A DNA stretch of 12,220 nt from a virus (taxonomy: Duplodnaviria > Heunggongvirae > Uroviricota > Caudoviricetes), in the IMG/VR virus record IMGVR_UViG_2534681937_000031. The stretch is one strand, 5' to 3'. Made by a program: the position numbers and the translations under genes. Positions 6,997-12,220 of this stretch are shown here, in pieces. Position 1 is the first letter of the stretch, and every line of letters begins with the position of its first letter. Under the pieces are notes generated by a model that was not told where the DNA came from, did not search any database, and saw nothing but the letters and a program-made list of their open reading frames with translations.

Positions 6997-7295
6997 GGGT
7001 GAGGGTTTATATCGCCGGTCCGATGACGGGATATGAAAATTTTAACCGCGAGGCATTTCACAAAACGGAAGAGGTGCTGAAACGGGAAGGGCATACCGTT
7101 TTAAACCCGGCAGTACTTCCGGACGGGCTGACTCAGCCACACTACATGGATATTTGCATGGCAATGCTCCGTTGCGTGGATGCGGTTTACATGCTGAAAG
7201 GCTGGCAGCAGTCGGCAGGTGCAGGGGCTGAGCTGGCACTGGAGGAGAAACCGGGCCATGCGGTGATTTTTCAGGAGGTGGGCAGTGAATATTGA
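6993..7295 (+). CDS. DUF4406-like protein (nucleoside 2-deoxyribosyltransferase-like fold)
   Basis: YIAGPMTG...NFN...VLNPA...GWQQSAGA motif pattern typical of the phage DUF4406 family as recalled; GTG start overlapping the upstream stop; GGAGG 8 nt upstream. Confidence 0.6.
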   Translation: MRVRVYIAGPMTGYENFNREAFHKTEEVLKREGHTVLNPAVLPDGLTQPHYMDICMAMLRCVDAVYMLKGWQQSAGAGAELALEEKPGHAVIFQEVGSEY

Positions 7296-7602
7296 CCCGG
7301 CGATAACGATTGATATGGCCCTGAACGCCGGCCTGGCACTTCTTGGTTATTTCTACATTATGTTCTGCAGCGGACGATGGCTGTCACTGTTGTTCATGAA
7401 AAAATGGAATAAACGCCGTAAGCAGGAGCAACGCCAGAAGGCAATGGATGCATTTTTCGAAGCCTTCGGAATTGACGGCATGGAACCAGGGGATCCAGCT
7501 CGCGCAATCAGCAGAGGGGGTGTAGTAATCCTTGTATATCGGAGTGAAGAGAAAAATGACGATCACAAAACAACGTGTAGAAGAAATCATATCCCGCATT
7601 GA
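7285..7602 (+). CDS. small membrane protein (one N-terminal TM helix, basic C-terminal tail)
   Basis: GTG 7285 with AGGAGG 6 nt upstream; hydrophobic segment ALNAGLALLGYFYIMFCSGRWLSLLF; 3' end overlaps the next gene by 47 nt. Confidence 0.45.
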   Translation: MNIDPAITIDMALNAGLALLGYFYIMFCSGRWLSLLFMKKWNKRRKQEQRQKAMDAFFEAFGIDGMEPGDPARAISRGGVVILVYRSEEKNDDHKTTCRRNHIPH

Positions 7603-7873
7603 AATGTATGGACATGGTGCAGGGTATATCGCAGACGAGGTTAATGATCTGGCTATACTGGCGCTGAATTTATCAAATATCGCGAACCTGAAGCGATACG
7701 AGCTTGATATGGGAGGTTGCGACTCGTGCGGTCAGGATTGTGGCGCTGATATGACTGAAGATCCTGATGGTGATTATGTCCTGTTTGATGACGTGGTTAA
7801 GTTGTTTGAATTTGATACAACCACTCAAAAGTTAGAAATCCCGGCAAAGGAGGCAGCCAGTGGGCAAGATTGA
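7556..7873 (+). CDS. hypothetical acidic protein with a Cys cluster (CDSCGQDCG)
   Basis: ATG 7556 with GGAG about 11 nt upstream; the track start at 7532 has no SD. Confidence 0.5.
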   Translation: MTITKQRVEEIISRIEMYGHGAGYIADEVNDLAILALNLSNIANLKRYELDMGGCDSCGQDCGADMTEDPDGDYVLFDDVVKLFEFDTTTQKLEIPAKEAASGQD

Positions 7874-8297
7874 CTATCAGGCACTGCGTGAGGCAGCACA
7901 AAACTATCAATCGACGCTGGCGTGGTATCAGGCTACCCCGGACAGCCCAAATGCTGAACGGGATTGTGATGCGGCTCTTGCTGCGTTTAAGCGTCACATC
8001 CGTCATCGGGAAGCGGATATTATCGCTGATTTGCTGGATGGACTGGAAGAAGCAAAATCACAACTCAACGAGCAGCGTGAGTATTACGAAGGCGTTATCT
8101 CTGATGGGAGCAAGCGTATTGCTGAACTGGAAGCGCGGGAAGTTCAATTACCGACTCGCTACGACCTTCGATATGGACACCCGATAAATGCAGATGAGCG
8201 ACATGTCATGATACCTAAAGAAAATGGCAGTTGGCTTTACCTGATTGACCTAGAACACGCATTACGCGTCGCTGGCATTCGCATCAAAGGAGAGTGA
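7860..8297 (+). CDS. hypothetical coiled-coil protein (weak Ead/Ea22-like N-terminal resemblance)
   Basis: GTG 7860 with AAGGAGG 6 nt upstream; overlaps the upstream stop. The N-terminal DYQALREAAQ resemblance is tentative. Confidence 0.5.
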   Translation: MGKIDYQALREAAQNYQSTLAWYQATPDSPNAERDCDAALAAFKRHIRHREADIIADLLDGLEEAKSQLNEQREYYEGVISDGSKRIAELEAREVQLPTRYDLRYGHPINADERHVMIPKENGSWLYLIDLEHALRVAGIRIKGE

Positions 8298-8298
8298 G

Positions 8299-8490
8299 AT
8301 GAACGGACAAATATCAATTGTTCGACCAGGAGCATGTGACGATCGCGAAATACGAATGATTATTCGTCTGGCGATGGGGAAAACAATAACTGCTCTCATT
8401 ACTCCAGAAAATCTCGCATTAGCATTAACAGGAAAGTCAGACATGCCAGTAGAGCTAAAGCTGCGAAATGTTGAGATTAAGGTGAAATAG
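8299..8490 (+). CDS. small hypothetical protein
   Basis: ATG 8299 one nt after the upstream stop; AGGAG upstream. Confidence 0.45.
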   Translation: MNGQISIVRPGACDDREIRMIIRLAMGKTITALITPENLALALTGKSDMPVELKLRNVEIKVK

Positions 8491-8492
8491 CT

Positions 8493-9050
8493 ATGACCAC
8501 TATTACCAAAGATCGACTGCTGACAATCCAGCATTGGCGCGAAACATACGGACCGGGTAGCAACGTTGTGCTTCCAGCAGAAGAAGCGGAAGAGCTGGCA
8601 CGGATTGCGCTGGCATCACTGGCAGCAGTATCGGATGAACGAGCAGCCTATGAATTATTTATGGAGAAGCGTTTCGGGGAATCTGTAGATCGCCGCAGAG
8701 CAAAAAATGGCGATAGAGAATACATGGCATGGGATATGGCGCTTGGCTGGATTATCTGGTGTCACCGCGCCGCCATGCTTCAGGCTGGAAACTTTCGGGA
8801 AAATAAGGGTTCGTCAACCAATAATTTTCGGATAATCTCGGAAACGTCAACCAACTCTCCGGCAATCCCTGATGAGGTGTTGTCCGCAATCCTGAAGGTC
8901 GCCAGGCTTCGTGCAGATTTCGATGCTTCTGAAGTGGACAGGCGAGGTATCGGTAGTTGTCTGGATGAGGCCGAGCAAGAACTTATCGTTACCATTAACG
9001 AATACGCCAGTCAGATCGCAGTAGAAGCGACACAGGGGGAGAACCAATGA
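8493..9050 (+). CDS. hypothetical protein
   Basis: 185-aa ORF, ATG 8493 two nt after the upstream stop; its stop overlaps the start of a 25-codon ORF (ATGA). Confidence 0.55.
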   Translation: MTTITKDRLLTIQHWRETYGPGSNVVLPAEEAEELARIALASLAAVSDERAAYELFMEKRFGESVDRRRAKNGDREYMAWDMALGWIIWCHRAAMLQAGNFRENKGSSTNNFRIISETSTNSPAIPDEVLSAILKVARLRADFDASEVDRRGIGSCLDEAEQELIVTINEYASQIAVEATQGENQ

Positions 9051-9124
9051 GCCGGCCAGATGCATTTGCAGGCGTTGCTATAGCTATTGCTTTTCTAGTA
9101 TATGTTATTTGTCGGTGGGGGTAA
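9047..9124 (+). CDS. candidate small hydrophobic peptide (25 aa, MSRPDAFAGVAIAIAFLVYVICRWG)
   Basis: Not in the ORF track (under 60 aa). ATG overlaps the stop of the 8493-9050 gene; single predicted TM helix. Confidence 0.3.
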   Translation: MSRPDAFAGVAIAIAFLVYVICRWG

Positions 9125-9159
9125 AAACGTTCGCCGGGATTCACACCAAGGGAGGGAAT

Positions 9160-9264
9160 ATGTCGGATGATATTTCACTGGTAATGGAAGGCGCTCTGGC
9201 TGTTATTGCTGTTGTGGGTGTTTACTGCCTGGTTGTGTTTTTGATGGAGCGCCTGGGGAACTGA
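9160..9264 (+). CDS. candidate small hydrophobic peptide (34 aa, MSDDISLVMEGALAVIAVVGVYCLVVFLMERLGN)
   Basis: Not in the ORF track. Strong SD AAGGGAGGG just upstream of ATG 9160; single predicted TM helix; followed by a palindrome. Confidence 0.4.
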   Translation: MSDDISLVMEGALAVIAVVGVYCLVVFLMERLGN

Positions 9265-9507
9265 ATTCATTCCGTATGGGAATTCCCATATCGGGCAAAA
9301 CGGTTTGCTGTAAAGCGAGAGTTAAGTAGAATTGCTGCGGGTGCTTGAGGCTGTCTGCCTCGGGCATGCCACCGTAAGGCAGACAGAGAAAAGCCCCAGT
9401 TAACATTACGCGTCCTGCAAGACGCTTAACATTAATCTGAGGCCCAATCTATGCTTCACAAACGTAGGTTAGCCTCTTACGCGCCGAAAGGCAAGGAGAA
9501 GCAGGTT
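9265..9507. other. hok leader/regulatory region (expected site of mRNA fold-back elements and any Sok-like antisense RNA)
   Basis: Contains a 22-bp near-palindrome CCGTATGGGAATTCCCATATCGG (9272-9294) and the hairpin CTGTCTGCC-N18-GGCAGACAG (9351-9386). An in-frame upstream ATG at 9451 with GAGG SD precedes hok. Antisense RNA not located. Confidence 0.35.
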
Positions 9508-9663
9508 ATGAAGCAGCAAAAGGCGATGTTAATCGCCCTGATCGTCATCTGTTTAACCGTCATAGTGACGGCACTGGTAACGAGGAAAGACCTCTGCGAG
9601 GTACGAATCCGAACCGGCCAGACGGAGGTCGCTGTCTTCACAGCTTACGAACCTGAGGAGTAA
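9508..9663 (+). CDS. hokD: Hok/Gef-family type I toxin (HokD/RelF-like, 51 aa)
   Basis: Translation MKQQKAMLIALIVICLTVIVTALVTRKDLCEVRIRTGQTEVAVFTAYEPEE matches the Hok family and, as recalled, E. coli HokD. AAGGAG 9 nt upstream of ATG. Confidence 0.9.
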   Translation: MKQQKAMLIALIVICLTVIVTALVTRKDLCEVRIRTGQTEVAVFTAYEPEE

Positions 9664-9731
9664 GAGACCAGGCGGGGGAGAAATCCCTCGCCACCGCTGA
9701 TGTGTCAGGCATCCTCAACGCACCCGCACTT

Positions 9732-9759
9732 AACCCGCTTCGGCGGGTTTTGTTTTTTC
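9732..9759 (+). terminator. rho-independent terminator (AACCCGC-TTCG-GCGGGTT followed by TTTGTTTTTTCT)
   Basis: 7-bp GC-rich stem, tetraloop and U-rich tract about 70 nt after the hok stop. Confidence 0.75.
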
Positions 9760-9779
9760 TGGTCGTTCTGGTTTACAAT
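9750..9779 (+). promoter_or_regulatory. possible promoter restarting rightward transcription (-35 TTGTTT, -10 TACAAT)
   Basis: TACAAT at 9774-9779 with TTGTTT 18 bp upstream; overlaps the terminator U-tract. Confidence 0.3.
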
Positions 9780-9830
9780 CCATCCGTCAGCCTGAACAAC
9801 TGGCACCTGCTGCGCCAGCAGAGAAAACAG

Positions 9831-10109
9831 ATGGCGCACGATACCAAATTTTACAATTCGGATAACTCTGCCGCCCCTGCCAGCAGGCACGGGCGGCGTT
9901 CTCATGCATTCAAATCTGACTGGTATCAGCACGACCCCTGCACCGAAGAACAGGCTGAATGGCTGATTCAGTGTTACCGCAGGCGCGGATACGAGGTTAA
10001 GAAAGCCCTCAGTCTCGATTATCGTCACTGGATAATCTCCGTCAGGCTTCCTTACTCCGAACGCCCACCGCGTCCGTCCCGCACATTCCAGCAACGCATC
10101 TGGAGGTAA
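9831..10109 (+). CDS. hypothetical protein, possibly Rem-like (Qin prophage context)
   Basis: The track ORF 9702-10109 spans the terminator, so the start is moved to ATG 9831 (92 aa). Position between hok and a DUF968 gene mirrors the Qin hokD-rem-ydfU order as recalled. Confidence 0.45.
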   Translation: MAHDTKFYNSDNSAAPASRHGRRSHAFKSDWYQHDPCTEEQAEWLIQCYRRRGYEVKKALSLDYRHWIISVRLPYSERPPRPSRTFQQRIWR

Positions 10110-10110
10110 C

Positions 10111-11115
10111 GTGCGGGTATTACTTCGACCTGTTCTGGTACCGGAACTCGGGCTGGTGATCGTTAAGCCGGGCCGTGAATCCATGCCGGTATTCCACAAT
10201 ACCCGGGTACTGGTGGAGCCGGAACCGAAAAGCATGCGTAATCTGCCGTCCGGGGTCGTTCCTGCCGTTCGCCAGCCGCTGGCGGAGGATAAATCATTAC
10301 TGCCATTTTTCAGCGACGAACGAGTGATTCGTGCTGCTGGTGGCGCTGGCGCACTGTCTGACTGGTTACTGCGCCATGTTAAATCCTGCCAGTGGCCACA
10401 CGGCGATTATCACCACAGTGAAACCGTCATTCACCGTTATGGTACCGGCGCAATGGTGTTGTGCTGGCACTGCGACAACCAGTTGCGTGACCAGACCTCC
10501 GAATCACTTGAGCAACTTGCTCACCAAAACCTGTCAGCATGGATGATTGACGTCATTCGTCACGCAATGAATGGCACACAGGAGCGTGAATTATCGCTGG
10601 CTGAATTATCCTGGTGGGCGGCCTGCAATCAGGTGGTGGATGCACTACCTGAGGCAGTAGCGCGTCGTTCGCTGGGATTACCAGCGGAAAAAATCCGCTC
10701 CGTATACCGTGAGAGTGACATCGTACCGGGAGAACAGACAGCCATCAGCATACTGAAGCAGCGCACAAAAAATATTGCGCTGCCACTTCACGTCCACCAG
10801 CAACAAAATCCACCACAGAAAAAAACGGTTGTCAGTATCGCCGTTGATCCGGAGTCTCCTGAATCGTTCATGAGGCGGCCTAAACGTTGCCGCTGGGTTA
10901 ATGAGAAATACACGCGCTGGGTAAAGACACAGCCGTGTGCGTGTTGTGGTAAGCCTGCTGACGATCCGCATCACCTGATTGGTCATGGTCAGGGGGGAAT
11001 GGGGACAAAGGCCCACGATATTTTCACGCTACCGTTGTGCCGGGTAGCACCACAACGAACTTCATGCAGACCCGACTGGAGTTTGAGAAAAAGTACGGCT
11101 CTCAGATTGAGTTAA
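10111..11115 (+). CDS. DUF968/YdfU-like protein with HNH-like Cys/His motifs; 3' end appears frameshifted
   Basis: GTG 10111 overlapping the upstream stop. C-terminal motifs CACCGKPADDPHHLIGHGQGG...LPLCR, with HHNELHADP then EFEKKYGSQIELIF... continuing in the two other frames up to TAA 11160-11162, just before the rusA RBS. Confidence 0.65.
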   Translation: MRVLLRPVLVPELGLVIVKPGRESMPVFHNTRVLVEPEPKSMRNLPSGVVPAVRQPLAEDKSLLPFFSDERVIRAAGGAGALSDWLLRHVKSCQWPHGDYHHSETVIHRYGTGAMVLCWHCDNQLRDQTSESLEQLAHQNLSAWMIDVIRHAMNGTQERELSLAELSWWAACNQVVDALPEAVARRSLGLPAEKIRSVYRESDIVPGEQTAISILKQRTKNIALPLHVHQQQNPPQKKTVVSIAVDPESPESFMRRPKRCRWVNEKYTRWVKTQPCACCGKPADDPHHLIGHGQGGMGTKAHDIFTLPLCRVAPQRTSCRPDWSLRKSTALRLS

Positions 11116-11174
11116 TTTTTCGTTTTCTTGATCACGCCTTTGCGACTGGCGTGCTCGGGTAAAAGAGGTGACTG

Positions 11175-11534
11175 ATGCTCATAGATTTGGTTTTACCTTA
11201 CCCGCCGACGGTGAACACCTACTGGCGACGTCGTGGCAGCACATATTTTGTATCAAAAGCCGGTGAGCGTTATCGCCGGGCTGTGGCGCTTATTGTTCGC
11301 CAGCAGCGGCTGAAATTAAGCCTGTCCGGAAGGCTGGCGATAAAGATTATTGCCGAGCCACCGGATAAGCGCCGCCGTGACCTGGACAATATTCTGAAAG
11401 CGCCGCTGGATGCGCTGACGCATGCGGGGTTGCTAATGGACGATGAGCAGTTTGATGAAATCAATATTGTGCGCGGTCAGCTCGTTCCTGGTGAGCGGCT
11501 GGGGATAAAAATCACAGAACTGGAGTGCGCATGA
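11175..11534 (+). CDS. rusA: crossover junction endodeoxyribonuclease RusA (Holliday junction resolvase)
   Basis: 119-aa ORF with the RusA-family pattern (YPPTVNTYWRRRG...PDKRRRDLDNILKAPLDALT...LMDDEQ); GAGG 7 nt upstream of ATG. Confidence 0.88.
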   Translation: MLIDLVLPYPPTVNTYWRRRGSTYFVSKAGERYRRAVALIVRQQRLKLSLSGRLAIKIIAEPPDKRRRDLDNILKAPLDALTHAGLLMDDEQFDEINIVRGQLVPGERLGIKITELECA

Positions 11535-12220
11535 ATAACCACTATTTACAGTTTGTGCGTGAGCTGCTCATTATCGCTACCGCCGATTTGAGTGGGGCAA
11601 CAAAAGGTCAGCTTGAAGCCTGGCAGGAGAATGCCATGTTCGATACAGGGCGTTACAGGCGAAAAAAAATCCGGTACCGCGATGAAGTGACTGGAAAAAT
11701 GATAACGCGGGATAATCCACCAATCCCGGGAAAGCAATCGCTGGCGAAGGTGACGTCAATTCCTCTGGTCAGTCCGGTTGAGTTTTCGACATCATCGTGG
11801 CGGCGGGCTGTTCTGTCTCTTGAAGAACATCATAAAGCCTGGTTGTTGTGGTGTTACAGCGGGAGTATTTGTTGGGAATATCAGATCGCGATAACACAGT
11901 GGGCGTGGAATGAATTTAATACTCAATCCGGTACCAGAAAAATTGCAGGGAAAACGCAGGAACGCCTGAAAAAATTAATCTGGCTGGCGGCGCAGGCAGT
12001 AAAAGCAGAACTTTTTGGTGGGGAAGGTTATGAATACAAGGAGCTGGCATTACTGGTGGGAGTGACAACTAAAAACTGGTCCAAAACATTTACTCGTCAC
12101 TGGGTTGCAATGAAACACATTTTTCACCGACTGGATAGTGAGGCTTTATTGTTTGTAATGAGAACGCGTTCAAAACAAAAGGCGGCATTTTCAAAGCAAA
12201 GTGTTGCAAAAGTAGATTGA
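11531..12220 (+). CDS. putative late-gene antiterminator (Q-like, QuuQ/YdfT-type)
   Basis: ATG 11531 overlaps the rusA stop (ATGA). Position immediately after rusA at the right end of the early region is the canonical Q location; family assigned by context only. Stop is the last three bases of the window. Confidence 0.5.
   Translation: MNNHYLQFVRELLIIATADLSGATKGQLEAWQENAMFDTGRYRRKKIRYRDEVTGKMITRDNPPIPGKQSLAKVTSIPLVSPVEFSTSSWRRAVLSLEEHHKAWLLWCYSGSICWEYQIAITQWAWNEFNTQSGTRKIAGKTQERLKKLIWLAAQAVKAELFGGEGYEYKELALLVGVTTKNWSKTFTRHWVAMKHIFHRLDSEALLFVMRTRSKQKAAFSKQSVAKVD

Noticed and set aside
9702-9830. Upstream extension of the 9702-10109 ORF
   Set aside because: The extension is translated through the intrinsic terminator hairpin and U-tract (9732-9759); the start was moved to ATG 9831.
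9705-10235. Minus-strand 176-aa ORF overlapping the rem-like and DUF968 genes
   Set aside because: Antisense to two colinear plus-strand genes in an all-rightward operon; no SD; treated as a shadow ORF.
163-10343. Chi sites (GCTGGTGG) at 163-170, 4207-4214 and 10336-10343
   Set aside because: Three octamers in 12 kb is about the E. coli genomic background frequency, so no specific significance can be claimed.

Overview
This window reads as a mosaic lambdoid prophage segment from an E. coli-like enterobacterial genome, running from the integrase end into the late-gene regulator. Left to right: lambda-family integrase and excisionase (minus strand); a 5'-truncated DnaQ-like exonuclease remnant; a convergently oriented AT-rich gene for a coiled-coil/zinc-ribbon protein (the strongest candidate for an undescribed accessory or defence function); a Rac-type immunity region (racR, then ydaS-ydaT) flanked by two operator/promoter arrays; a replication module with iterons inside the initiator gene and a lambda P-like loader; a translationally coupled block of nine uncharacterised genes; two unannotated small hydrophobic peptide ORFs; a Hok-family toxin with terminator; and a Qin-like right arm (rem-like, DUF968/YdfU-like with apparent frameshifts, rusA, Q-like antiterminator). 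No tRNA, rRNA, CRISPR array or IS element was recognised. All family assignments come from reading the translations and recalled motifs, not from a database search; start codons are chosen from RBS context and are approximate.
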